Below are positions 16,030 through 25,257 of a DNA stretch of 60,161 nucleotides, one piece after another. Position 1 is the first letter of the stretch; every line of letters starts with the position of its first letter. The stretch is from contig DOWS01000020.1 in NCBI GenBank assembly GCA_003519445.1, positions 1 to 60,161 on the forward strand. The letters run 5' to 3'. The notes below the pieces were generated by a model. It did not search any database and had not been told where the DNA came from. It was given only the letters and a program-made list of their open reading frames with translations. Position numbers and translations under genes: made by a program. Source of the stretch: Candidatus Daviesbacteria bacterium. Its GTDB lineage: Bacteria > Patescibacteriota > Microgenomatia > Daviesbacterales > UBA10151.

Positions 16030-16461
16030 ATGGAAACTGCCGAAGGCAAAGAAAAAATTACCAAAAAGTTTTTCAAAGACGCTAGTCCTAAAAAAGTTAT
16101 TCTTGGGGTCTTAATCCTCTCTTTGGTTTTGGGAGTTTTAACAGGATATATTATTGCCAACAAAAACCTGGGAGTAAACGCTCTAACAGGATCTCCTAAG
16201 ACTGCCCAGCAGGATAACCGTACTTTTAAAGATTTTGCCGAAGGGGTTATAAAAGCCAGGCCTGCACCTGTTTATCCCTCCGAGTATGTCGAAGGAACGC
16301 ATCTTTTACAAAGAGACGGGCAACCGCCTGTTGCTTTAACTTCCTCTGTTGTAGATTTATCTCTTTATGAAGGTAAGAAAGTAAGGGTGTTTGGTGAAAC
16401 CCAAAAAGCTCTGGAAGCAGGATGGCTTATGGATGTTGGAAAAGTAGAAGAGATAAAATAG
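16030..16461 (+). CDS. membrane-anchored hypothetical protein
   Basis: One N-terminal TM (VILGVLILSLVLGVLTGYIIA) followed by a soluble domain. Confidence 0.5.
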   Translation: METAEGKEKITKKFFKDASPKKVILGVLILSLVLGVLTGYIIANKNLGVNALTGSPKTAQQDNRTFKDFAEGVIKARPAPVYPSEYVEGTHLLQRDGQPPVALTSSVVDLSLYEGKKVRVFGETQKALEAGWLMDVGKVEEIK

Positions 16462-16478
16462 TTGTTAGTCTTCAGCCT

Positions 16479-17153
16479 ATGATCTTATTTGACAAAGTCT
16501 TCAAAAAGTTTGGTTCATCAACAGCCTTGGATGATATTTCCCTGGAAATTAAACAGGGGGAATTTGTCTTTTTGGTTGGACCCTCCGGAGCCGGCAAAAC
16601 CACTATGCTCCGTATTCTAACCCGGGAAATACTCCCCACAAGCGGCACAGTAACTGTTGATAAAATAGATCTTACTAAACTAAAAAACAGTGAGATCCCA
16701 AAATTAAGAAGAAAAGTGGGAGTAGTTTTCCAGGATTTTAAATTATTGGATGACCGGACCGTATTTGAGCAGGTAGCTCTGGCTTTGGAGGTTTTGGGCA
16801 AAAGCGACAGCGAGATAGTAAAAGCTGTGGAACATACTCTAAAACTGGTGGAGATTTGGGATAAACGGAATTTATTTCCCAGACAACTTTCCGGAGGTGA
16901 GGCTCAAAGAGTAACCATTGCCAGGGCTGTTGTTGGCAAGCCTGATATTGTTTTAGCTGATGAACCAACCGGTGATTTAGACCACAAAACCGCCTGGGGG
17001 GTAATTCAGCTTCTTAATGAAATCAACTCATGGGGTACCACTATTTTGATGGCTACCCACAACCAGGAAATTGTCAATACCTTAAAGCAACGGGTAATAA
17101 CTTTAAAGCTCGGTAAAATCACCAAAGACAACACGGAGGGTAAATACGAATGA
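16479..17153 (+). CDS. ftsE: cell-division ABC ATPase FtsE
   Basis: GPSGAGKTT (Walker A), LSGGEAQRV (signature), IVLADEPTGDLD (Walker B). Start moved to MILFDKVFKKF. Confidence 0.9.
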   Translation: MILFDKVFKKFGSSTALDDISLEIKQGEFVFLVGPSGAGKTTMLRILTREILPTSGTVTVDKIDLTKLKNSEIPKLRRKVGVVFQDFKLLDDRTVFEQVALALEVLGKSDSEIVKAVEHTLKLVEIWDKRNLFPRQLSGGEAQRVTIARAVVGKPDIVLADEPTGDLDHKTAWGVIQLLNEINSWGTTILMATHNQEIVNTLKQRVITLKLGKITKDNTEGKYE

Positions 17154-18034
17154 GTTTTAGAAACTATGTTAAATTTGCCAAAAGAAACATTAAAAGAACC
17201 CCTTTTCAGGCCGCTGCAGCATCCTTGTCCATGTTTTCGGCTTTTTTGGCCTTAATTGGTTTCCTGCTGATTTCCATTGGGCTGCAACTGACTCTACAGT
17301 TTTATGAATCAAGACCGCAAGTAATGGCCTTTTTTAAAGACGGCACTACCAGAGAAGATATTTCAGCCATAGAAGATAACCTGAAAGGAAATTATCAGGT
17401 TACCAAAACAAAATATGTTTCCAAAGAAGAAGCTCTGCAAATTTATAAAAGACTTAACCAGGGAAAGGATCCTCTTCTGACCGAACTGGTCACAGCCAGC
17501 ACCTTACCGCCATCACTGGAGATTTCCACCATAACCCTGCAGGATCTTGCACCTGTAGCCGAAATCCTAAAACAGGAACCGGTGGTTGAAGATGTTGTAT
17601 TCCCTGAAGATGTGGTTTCAAATTTGTCAACTGCCACACTGCTGGTTAGAATCATTGGCGGAGTAATTGTAGGTTACCTGATACTTTACGCCATCCTGCA
17701 AATCCTGATGATTATCGGGTTTAAAATCAGGTTAAAAAGAAATGAGATCGAAACCATGCGTCTTTTGGGTGCATCGACTTCTTTTATCAGAAACCCCTTT
17801 ATTCTGGAAGGAATGTTTTATGGTGTAGTAGGTGCCACGGCAGCCTGGACAGTAATCTATATTATGCTTTGGTATTTTACTCCCTACATTCAAGGAGGAT
17901 ACTTGGGTGAAATCAGGCTGTTGCCGCCAAATCCCATTCTCATGTTATCCCTGCTGATAATTGCTATTTTGCTGGCCTGTCTAGTGGGAGCTTTGGGATC
18001 ATTTGGAGCCACTAGAAGATATCTTCGGATATGA
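17150..18034 (+). CDS. ftsX: cell-division permease-like protein FtsX
   Basis: 4 TM with a large first extracytoplasmic loop. ATGA overlap with ftsE. Confidence 0.85.
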   Translation: MSFRNYVKFAKRNIKRTPFQAAAASLSMFSAFLALIGFLLISIGLQLTLQFYESRPQVMAFFKDGTTREDISAIEDNLKGNYQVTKTKYVSKEEALQIYKRLNQGKDPLLTELVTASTLPPSLEISTITLQDLAPVAEILKQEPVVEDVVFPEDVVSNLSTATLLVRIIGGVIVGYLILYAILQILMIIGFKIRLKRNEIETMRLLGASTSFIRNPFILEGMFYGVVGATAAWTVIYIMLWYFTPYIQGGYLGEIRLLPPNPILMLSLLIIAILLACLVGALGSFGATRRYLRI

Positions 18035-19176
18035 AAAAGCTATTCTTAATTGCTGTTTTGGGGCTTTTTTTGCTTAGCGCATTTTTTCTTCCTGCTTTTG
18101 CCGAATCTAACGAAGAACTAACCAAAGCTCTGCAGGAAAAACAGGCAGAGATTGCCAAGCTGGAAGCCCAACTTGAAAATGTCAAAGGCAATGAGCGGAC
18201 GCTAAAATCACAGCTTAATATTATTGACAGCCAAGGCAAAGTAACCACCTTAAAAATTGAGGAAACCAATTTGCGGATTGAAAAATTAAAAAGAGAAATT
18301 TCCGAACTTTCAACCCGTATTTCGCGAATTTCTGCCTCCTTGGATACATTATCTGAAATTCTGCTTCGCCGGATTACCCAAACTTATAAATATTCTCAAC
18401 TATCCACTCTTGATCTGTTCTTTTCTTCTCACGGATTTAGCGATCTGCTGCAGCGGCTAAAGTATGTCCAGGTAGCCCAAGCTTATGAAAAGAGAAAATT
18501 ATATGAGCTGCAGGCTACCAAGCAAGCTTACAATGACCAAAAGCAGGATAAAGCCACCAGGCAGGAGGAGGCGGAACAACTTAATAAAGCGCTGGAAAAT
18601 TATAAAAATCAGCTGGCAGAACAGAAAAAAGCTAAAGAAGAACTTTTGAGTGTTACCAAAAATGACGAGGCCAAATTTCAAGGGTTAATTGCCCAACTTA
18701 AAGCCGATGCCGACTCTATTGCCAGAGCCGTATCAAATGTTGGAGTTGTTATTGGGCCGGTCAAAAAAGGCCAGCAAGTAGGGTCTGAAGGAACATCTGG
18801 TTGTTCCAGTGGGCCTCATCTGCACTTTGAAGTTTATGAAAATGCCAAAGTGGAAAATGGCAAAGTCACCGGCACAAGAGTTGATCCCAAAAAATACCTG
18901 GACAACGGACAGCTGGGCCCACCTATGCAGGGGTATCCCGGATCAACACATATTAGCACTGAATACGGGGAAGTTTATGCTCTGGGAACACATACGGGTT
19001 TAGATATGTATGACGACAGGTATGTGGGAACTCCTATTTTGGCCGCGGCTGATGGAGTAGCTTATTCTATTGGTGACTCGGGATGTCGGGTTTCCGGATT
19101 TGATAACGGCCCAGCCAAAGGGGTAGTAGTTGACCACCAAAACGGCCTCGTCACCCTCTACTGGCATTTACTCTAA
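18031..19176 (+). CDS. coiled-coil plus M23 (LytM) metallopeptidase, FtsEX-partner type (EnvC/PcsB-like position)
   Basis: Signal/TM, ~200 aa heptad-rich coiled coil, then GPHLHFEV (HxH) followed by HTGLD (HxxxD) and a terminal LYWHLL. ATGA overlap with ftsX. Confidence 0.8.
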   Translation: MKKLFLIAVLGLFLLSAFFLPAFAESNEELTKALQEKQAEIAKLEAQLENVKGNERTLKSQLNIIDSQGKVTTLKIEETNLRIEKLKREISELSTRISRISASLDTLSEILLRRITQTYKYSQLSTLDLFFSSHGFSDLLQRLKYVQVAQAYEKRKLYELQATKQAYNDQKQDKATRQEEAEQLNKALENYKNQLAEQKKAKEELLSVTKNDEAKFQGLIAQLKADADSIARAVSNVGVVIGPVKKGQQVGSEGTSGCSSGPHLHFEVYENAKVENGKVTGTRVDPKKYLDNGQLGPPMQGYPGSTHISTEYGEVYALGTHTGLDMYDDRYVGTPILAAADGVAYSIGDSGCRVSGFDNGPAKGVVVDHQNGLVTLYWHLL

Positions 19177-19180
19177 ATTA

Positions 19181-19189
19181 TGGTATAAT
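19181..19189 (+). promoter_or_regulatory. extended -10 (TGG-TATAAT), 7 nt upstream of ATG 19197
   Basis: tggTATAAT-ttgttaa-ATG. Confidence 0.5.
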
Positions 19190-19196
19190 TTGTTAA

Positions 19197-19400
19197 ATGG
19201 CTACTATTAAACAGGTTTCAACTAAAAAAAATCTTGTTCCAAAAAGCAAAATTCCCATATCTTACTTAATTGATTATATTAAGGAGGGTTTTAATATATC
19301 AGATTTTATTGCATCTTACCCTTGGGTTAAACGAAAAAATGTAGAAAAAGCTTTGGAAGAAATTAAAAACAGAGAGTTTACCTCTGGATATGCCATCTAA
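19197..19400 (+). CDS. DUF433-family antitoxin-like protein
   Basis: ISYLIDYIKEGFNISDFIASYPWVKRKNVEKALEEI fits the DUF433 pattern. Confidence 0.6.
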   Translation: MATIKQVSTKKNLVPKSKIPISYLIDYIKEGFNISDFIASYPWVKRKNVEKALEEIKNREFTSGYAI

Positions 19401-19794
19401 AAAATCTTATATTCCATTATATGCTGATGAATGCTTCCCTGTTCCCGTAACCACCTATTTAAAATCCTTGGGCTATTCAATCATTCACGCTTATGATCAA
19501 AATTTTATTCAAAAAAGCGATTATTTTCATCTATTCACAAGCAAGAAATTGAAACGGGTGCTTATTACTCTTGACCGGGATTTTTTATATTACAATCAAG
19601 TTAATCTTGATTCTCACCCCGGGGTAATTGTGATTTCTTCAGGTTCGGCAACACCCCCACATATCAATAAAATTTGTGAAAAACTTTTAAAGAATATAAC
19701 CAAAAATTTTATTAAGAATTCACTTATAAAAGCCACCATAAATAAGATAACCAAATTAAAACAAGGCGTTGTGGTTTCTGAAAAATTTTTATAA
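19390..19794 (+). CDS. DUF5615-family PIN-like (Mut7-C-related) putative toxin
   Basis: LYADECFPVPVTTYLKSLGYSIIHA...LITLDRDF. 11-nt overlap with the DUF433 gene. Confidence 0.6.
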   Translation: MPSKKSYIPLYADECFPVPVTTYLKSLGYSIIHAYDQNFIQKSDYFHLFTSKKLKRVLITLDRDFLYYNQVNLDSHPGVIVISSGSATPPHINKICEKLLKNITKNFIKNSLIKATINKITKLKQGVVVSEKFL

Positions 19795-19805
19795 AATCAA
19801 TTTAG

Positions 19806-20972
19806 ATGGCTAAAACCATTCTAAGTTCTTTATTTTTTGTTATTATCTTTTTTATATTAATTCACCCAGATGTTCTAGCCGAATCAGCTGTCATTAATGA
19901 ATTTATGGCAAATCCATCATCAGGTTACGACTGGGTGGAGCTTTATAATCCTACAACATCTTCCGTAGATTTAACAAATTGGATATTAGTAGATAGTACC
20001 TCAACAATGAAGACTTTATCAGGGACAATATCAGCAGGAGGATTTATGGCTTTTGAAGTTTCAACCAGATTAAATAAAACAAGTGATTCAATTTATCTTA
20101 AAGATTCTGGGGGTTCTACTATAGATAATTATTCTTATACCACAGAACCTGGCGCCGATGTAAGTATTGGCCGAAGTCCTGATGGGGGCAGTTGGACAAC
20201 GCTCGCCTCTTCTTCAAAAGGCAGTTCTAATGGCGGTGCTTCCCCTTCCCCTTCCCCAACTCCCTCGCCCTCTCCCTCATCCGCTTCTTCTTTTACCATT
20301 TCCAATGTTCCATCATCAATTGATTCTACCCAAACATTTACAACATCAATAACTCTAGAATTATCTTCATATCCCAATACTAAATTTTATTTAAAAGGGG
20401 CTTTTGTTAAATCCGGCAGTACTAATTATTTTGGCTACACCAAAGTAAATGATTCTTGGGTTAAAAATAACAATACTTATTCAGACCAGTATTCAATCAC
20501 TACTGATTCATCGGGTAAATGGTCGGGAAGTTTAGAAATACAACCCGATGTTTTTGATTCCGGCTATGAAGGCACTAATGATTACATCTTTAAAGTGGGC
20601 AGATATACCTCATCAGGCAATGGCCCAACCTGGAGTAATGAGATAACAATTAAAATTAATGCCAAAGAAGTGGAAATGGCCGAAGAAAATATTAATTTAT
20701 CTGCATTATCTGTTCCCAAATCCTCTTCGGTTTTAGGAGAAAGCAAAAAACAGGAAGATTTGCCGGAAACAGTTTATTCCCTGGAAAGATACAAAAAAAG
20801 CGCTTCACGCTCTGCTTTAGCCACTCCTTCATCCAAACCAAAAACAAAAGTCAAAGGGGAACGGATCAACTTTCTCATCCCCCTAGGAGCAATTCTTGTT
20901 ATAATTGGAGCCATCCCGATTTCTTATGCAATATATCACCAATTCAGAAAAAGAAACCAAAGAGCTAGCTAA
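19806..20972 (+). CDS. secreted lamin-tail-domain (LTD) protein with PS-rich linker and C-terminal TM anchor
   Basis: Signal peptide. VINEFMANPSSGYDWVELYNPTTSSVDLTNWILVD is the LTD core. Linker GASPSPSPTPSPSPSSASS. C-terminal LIPLGAILVIIGAIPISYAIY. Confidence 0.7.
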   Translation: MAKTILSSLFFVIIFFILIHPDVLAESAVINEFMANPSSGYDWVELYNPTTSSVDLTNWILVDSTSTMKTLSGTISAGGFMAFEVSTRLNKTSDSIYLKDSGGSTIDNYSYTTEPGADVSIGRSPDGGSWTTLASSSKGSSNGGASPSPSPTPSPSPSSASSFTISNVPSSIDSTQTFTTSITLELSSYPNTKFYLKGAFVKSGSTNYFGYTKVNDSWVKNNNTYSDQYSITTDSSGKWSGSLEIQPDVFDSGYEGTNDYIFKVGRYTSSGNGPTWSNEITIKINAKEVEMAEENINLSALSVPKSSSVLGESKKQEDLPETVYSLERYKKSASRSALATPSSKPKTKVKGERINFLIPLGAILVIIGAIPISYAIYHQFRKRNQRAS

Positions 20973-21339
20973 AAAAATTGCTCAAAATCGCAAAAACAAC
21001 ATTATTGCCTTAACCGGTCCTTTAGGTGCAGGTAAAACCATCTTTGTTCAGGGTTTTGCCCAAGGATTGGGAATTAAAGATAAAATCATCTCCCCCACTT
21101 TTGTTTTGGTAAGGCAGCACGGAAACCTGCCTGCCGGCAGGCAGGTCTTTTATCATGTTGATCTTTACAGAGTAGATGATTTTAAGGATTTGGGGCTTGA
21201 GGAAATTTTGGCCAATAAAAATAATATTATTTTAATCGAATGGGCGGAAAAAATTAAAAAATTATTACCAAAAAACAGTCTTTGGATTTCTTTTGAAATT
21301 ACAGATAAAAACACCAGAAAAATTAAAATTCTTTCTTGA
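20926..21339 (+). CDS. tsaE: tRNA t6A37 biosynthesis ATPase TsaE
   Basis: LTGPLGAGKTIFVQGFAQGLGI, SPTFVLV, YHVDLYR. Start moved to MQYITNSEKE. Confidence 0.85.
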   Translation: MQYITNSEKETKELAKKIAQNRKNNIIALTGPLGAGKTIFVQGFAQGLGIKDKIISPTFVLVRQHGNLPAGRQVFYHVDLYRVDDFKDLGLEEILANKNNIILIEWAEKIKKLLPKNSLWISFEITDKNTRKIKILS

Positions 21340-22810
21340 TTTCAATTTCTATTAGTCCCACCATTTGTTTTTGGACAGTTGCCAAATTAGCAAACGGGCC
21401 TTGCCAGCCGGATCTGGTATCATTTCTATCCGGTTCCTTAATTAAAAAAACCAGTCCGGAAAAATTTTCTTGACTTCCCTGAAATTTATCCTGGCTGGGA
21501 ATATATTGGGGTTTGTTGACAGAATAAACATACTCACCTGGAATATACCCATACTTTTTTTGTCCATACCACCAGAAAAGATACTGGTATGGATAATCAT
21601 AAACCGAAGGTAAATAAGTATACACCTTAAAGTTTTTTCCATCCGCATATTTATAAACATAATCAATGGCAGCTATTTCATTTTTAAAAAGTGAAGGATC
21701 CATATTAGGTTTTCCTAAATCATTTAGGAAAAAATTGGCGATATTGGATAATCCAAAATAAATAATCGAAATAAATAAAGTGACAGAAAAAATCTTAATT
21801 AAAAAAGTTTTCTCCATCAATCTTTTGACTAAAAAACCAACCAAAATTATTCCTGCTGCCATTTCCGCCCCAAGATGCCAGGAATTAACACTCACAGGCA
21901 AAATCAGGTAACCTAAAAACGGCACCAGGATTAAGCTTAAAGATACAATCACAACCGGGTCTTTTTTCAATACAAAAAGCAAAGATGCTAAAATTATCCC
22001 CGCGAATAATTTATGATTCATTAAAGTAGCAGAAAACGAATCAATAAAAGAGCTAAAAATAATCTGGAAACGGGTCAAAATACTTAAATTTCCGGATTCT
22101 CCCAAATACTTTAGTATGGCTTTACTCATTAAAAACTCATGCCTTAAATCAAAAATAATCTGCGGCAGTAGTGTTAAAATAAATGCTCCAACCCCCACCC
22201 AAAACCATTTTTGTCTTAGAAAATGAATATTTTTTGTCAAAACTATACTTACTAGTATTATAACCGGCATAAATATTCCAAAATTCATTTCAAAATTAAA
22301 AAATAATCCTGCCAAAAACCAGGCTATAATAATAAATATCCCTTTGTTTTTTTGCAAGTATTCAACTAATAAATATACAAAAAGTGGCGTAAGTAATACA
22401 ACGGGGTTTGGGTTAAAAGCATAAAGATTGGTTAAAACAACATAATTTGAAGCAACCCACAGAATACCTATGGGGATTATTAGCCAGCGACTCCATCTAC
22501 CGACTAATTTCAAAAGAAAAAATCCGCCTAACGCCCAAAGTAATATTTCCAAAATAATAGAACCATAAGGATTGCCGCCCGATACAATATACGGCACTGC
22601 CAGAAGATAATACCAGGCCGATCCGTTAAACAAACCTTCAATAGCAGAATTTGGACCAATCAAACGAAGTTTTCCCAAAACCACCATTTCCCGGACATCC
22701 ACCATATCCCGGGCATTATCCATATTAAACAGAAAATTATTGTTAGAAGTCAAAAATAATCTGTAGATAACTCCAATAATTAGAATAAAAATTATTAGTT
22801 TGCTACTCAT
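21323..22810 (-). CDS. GT-C membrane glycosyltransferase (ArnT/PMT-like), paralog family member
   Basis: >10 TM. NMDNARDMVDVREM...LIGPNSAIEG...WYYLLAVP. C-terminal YLFWWYGQKKYGYIP. Confidence 0.7.
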   Translation of the reverse strand: MSSKLIIFILIIGVIYRLFLTSNNNFLFNMDNARDMVDVREMVVLGKLRLIGPNSAIEGLFNGSAWYYLLAVPYIVSGGNPYGSIILEILLWALGGFFLLKLVGRWSRWLIIPIGILWVASNYVVLTNLYAFNPNPVVLLTPLFVYLLVEYLQKNKGIFIIIAWFLAGLFFNFEMNFGIFMPVIILVSIVLTKNIHFLRQKWFWVGVGAFILTLLPQIIFDLRHEFLMSKAILKYLGESGNLSILTRFQIIFSSFIDSFSATLMNHKLFAGIILASLLFVLKKDPVVIVSLSLILVPFLGYLILPVSVNSWHLGAEMAAGIILVGFLVKRLMEKTFLIKIFSVTLFISIIYFGLSNIANFFLNDLGKPNMDPSLFKNEIAAIDYVYKYADGKNFKVYTYLPSVYDYPYQYLFWWYGQKKYGYIPGEYVYSVNKPQYIPSQDKFQGSQENFSGLVFLIKEPDRNDTRSGWQGPFANLATVQKQMVGLIEIEIKKEF

Positions 22811-24284
22811 TTTTTGGCTTTCTAAATTGCAATCTTAAATCACCGTATTTTGTTTCGGAAATCAATTTGCTTTTACTGTCCTCTGCTCCAATTTCCAGAT
22901 TATAAATATCATCCGGTATTCCCACATGAGGTTCTAAGATAAAAAAAGTAATATCCTGCGGCTCTCCTATTTTCTCTAAAGCATTTGCCCCCAAAAGGCC
23001 AATTTGATTATGTCCTAAAAATTTTGGCACATATCCGTATTTTTTTTGACCATACCAGGAATAAAGATAGCTCCAGGTGGTATTGGTCCAAAGAGGAACC
23101 GTTAAAGTATTTATGGAAAATGGCTGACCAGCGGCTTTTTGGTAAGTTTCATCTATTAATTTTAATTGATTTTTTAAAACCATATCATTGGGGATTACAA
23201 GAATAATTTGTCCTAGCGGCCCGTTTTTAAAAACAGCATACAAATTGGAAATAATTATTAAAAAAATCAAAAGCACAACCAAAAACTTACTTTGTTTTGC
23301 AATAATTTGTATTAAATTTAAAACTGCCAAAATTGCCGCAACTGTAAGTCCTATATTTACATATGTATTACTGTGCCCTCCAAAAATAAAAATGGGCAAA
23401 TTAAAAAATAAATAAAAGAATATAAGTTTATTTTTGAGTAATATTAAACTTAAAAACACCAGTAACCCTCCCAAAAAAACATTGGTTGGGAAAAAATTAT
23501 AAGTAAACACTTCTGCAAACCTATTAAGATAATTTAATAAAAGTTCACCAAATTGCGGCCTAAAATCAATTTGGCCGGCAGGGGCAATGCTTAAAAAACC
23601 TGTTGCAAAATTTTGCAATGTTTGAAACTTTAAGCTTGCTATAAGAAAAGGGCTTAAACCAAATAAGGCTATAAGAATAGAAATTATTTTTTGTTTAAAA
23701 CCAGATTTTATTCTAAACAAATATCCAAAAAAGGGTATTAGAAGTAATAGGTAAATTAAGAAGAATTGGAATTGGACGGATAAAATGGCTGCTAGCACGG
23801 CAAGATAAAGTCCTAATGTTTTTCCTTTTTGCCACATTCTTAAAAAATAAAAAAACAAAGTAACTGTTAAAACCGCAGGAGCGGGATTAGAAAGCCAGGG
23901 AGCGTATTGGGTGGCCTCAAAAGAAACAGCAAAAAAAAGACCCGCCAGAACGGACAACTTGAAACTTTTAAATAAGTCTTTTGCCAAAAGCATAACTGGA
24001 ATAACAACTAGCGAGTTTAAAAATGAGAGCATTAATGAAGCTACTCTTGGATCTCCCCCTCCAAAACCGTAAAAAGGAGCCAGCAAATAATAATAAAGCG
24101 GGCCGTGGTATAAACCCGGTGTGGATGTTGGTGGGCCTTGTATTTTTAAATCACCATTCCAGATTTGCAATGCCGCAAAACCGTCTCTTGCCATGTCATA
24201 GTGAAAAGAAACCGCTCCTTGCGGAATATAGATAATCCGTAAGGCAAAAGCTAAAACCAAAATTACCAGAATCCATTTCAACAT
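22803..24284 (-). CDS. GT-C membrane glycosyltransferase (ArnT/PMT-like), paralog family member
   Basis: >10 TM. HYDMARDGF...IQGPPTSTPGLYHGPLYYYLLAP. C-terminal YLYSWYGQKKYGYVP. Confidence 0.7.
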   Translation of the reverse strand: MLKWILVILVLAFALRIIYIPQGAVSFHYDMARDGFAALQIWNGDLKIQGPPTSTPGLYHGPLYYYLLAPFYGFGGGDPRVASLMLSFLNSLVVIPVMLLAKDLFKSFKLSVLAGLFFAVSFEATQYAPWLSNPAPAVLTVTLFFYFLRMWQKGKTLGLYLAVLAAILSVQFQFFLIYLLLLIPFFGYLFRIKSGFKQKIISILIALFGLSPFLIASLKFQTLQNFATGFLSIAPAGQIDFRPQFGELLLNYLNRFAEVFTYNFFPTNVFLGGLLVFLSLILLKNKLIFFYLFFNLPIFIFGGHSNTYVNIGLTVAAILAVLNLIQIIAKQSKFLVVLLIFLIIISNLYAVFKNGPLGQIILVIPNDMVLKNQLKLIDETYQKAAGQPFSINTLTVPLWTNTTWSYLYSWYGQKKYGYVPKFLGHNQIGLLGANALEKIGEPQDITFFILEPHVGIPDDIYNLEIGAEDSKSKLISETKYGDLRLQFRKPKNE

Positions 24285-24324
24285 TTCACTTAAACTATAC
24301 TAGAATGTGTTAAAATTTCATAAT

Positions 24325-25257
24325 ATGAAAGTATTAGTAACGGGCGGAGCAGGTTTTATTGGTTCACATGTTAGTAAATTGCTTCTTGACCTTGGACATC
24401 AAGTTACAGTCATAGATAATCTTTCCCACGGAAATAAAACTTCAATAGACAAAAGGGCTGTTTTTGTGGACGCTGATATTTTACATCAGGAAAAATTGGA
24501 AGAAATTTTGCCCGGACACGACGCTGTTATACACATGGCCTCTTTAATTGAGGTAGGAGAATCTGTTAAAACCCCTGTTGAATTTGTGGAAAATAATATT
24601 TTGGGAACTGTCAAGCTGCTTCAGGCCATGAAAAATTCAGGCGTTAAAAAAATCATTTTTTCCTCCAGTGCCTGTGTTTACGGTGTCCCCAAAAAACTGC
24701 CAATTACAGAAGATGATCCGTTAGGTGAACAGGAAAATCCCTATGGAATAACCAAAACTACCATGGAGGAATTTTGTAAACTTTATAACAAACTTTTTAG
24801 GTTTAATGTAGTTATACTGCGTTATTTTAATCCTTATGGCCCGGGAGAATTACATAATCCGGAAACACATGCCATACCGAATTTTATCAAAGCAATATTG
24901 GAGAAAAAGCCGCTACCTTTATTTTGGAAAGGTGAACAAATTAGGGATTTTATCTATATTGATGATCTGGCAACTGCCCATGTCCTCCCTTTAAACCTGA
25001 CCGGCTTACACATATATAATGTAGGCACAGAAACCGGAGTGAAAGTGAGGGACGCAATAAAAATTATCTTTGATTTGGTTGGTTATGAGGTGGAGACGGA
25101 AGATAAAGGGGAAAGAAAAGGGGATGTGGCATCGCTTGTCGCATCAGCCCAAAAAATTAAAAAAGAACTGGGCTGGGAAGCAAAAGTTTCTTTAAAAAAA
25201 GGCCTTCAAAAAACCATTGAATTTTTTAAATCCCTCCCCCGCCCTTTTTCCATTTAA
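24325..25257 (+). CDS. NAD-dependent sugar epimerase/dehydratase (UDP-glucose 4-epimerase-like)
   Basis: MKVLVTGGAGFIGSH, SSSACVYG, YGITKTTME (YxxxK). Start moved to ATG 24325. Confidence 0.8.
   Translation: MKVLVTGGAGFIGSHVSKLLLDLGHQVTVIDNLSHGNKTSIDKRAVFVDADILHQEKLEEILPGHDAVIHMASLIEVGESVKTPVEFVENNILGTVKLLQAMKNSGVKKIIFSSSACVYGVPKKLPITEDDPLGEQENPYGITKTTMEEFCKLYNKLFRFNVVILRYFNPYGPGELHNPETHAIPNFIKAILEKKPLPLFWKGEQIRDFIYIDDLATAHVLPLNLTGLHIYNVGTETGVKVRDAIKIIFDLVGYEVETEDKGERKGDVASLVASAQKIKKELGWEAKVSLKKGLQKTIEFFKSLPRPFSI

Noticed and set aside
16422-16478. N-terminal extensions given by the ORF track: ftsE 16422, tsaE 20905, galE-like 24307, serS 37839, RAYT 50027, 12298 and prfB 15003.
   Set aside because: The extensions overlap upstream genes or promoter elements and are not part of the conserved family N-termini. 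The internal ATGs fit the family alignments I recall and/or the -10 spacing rule.
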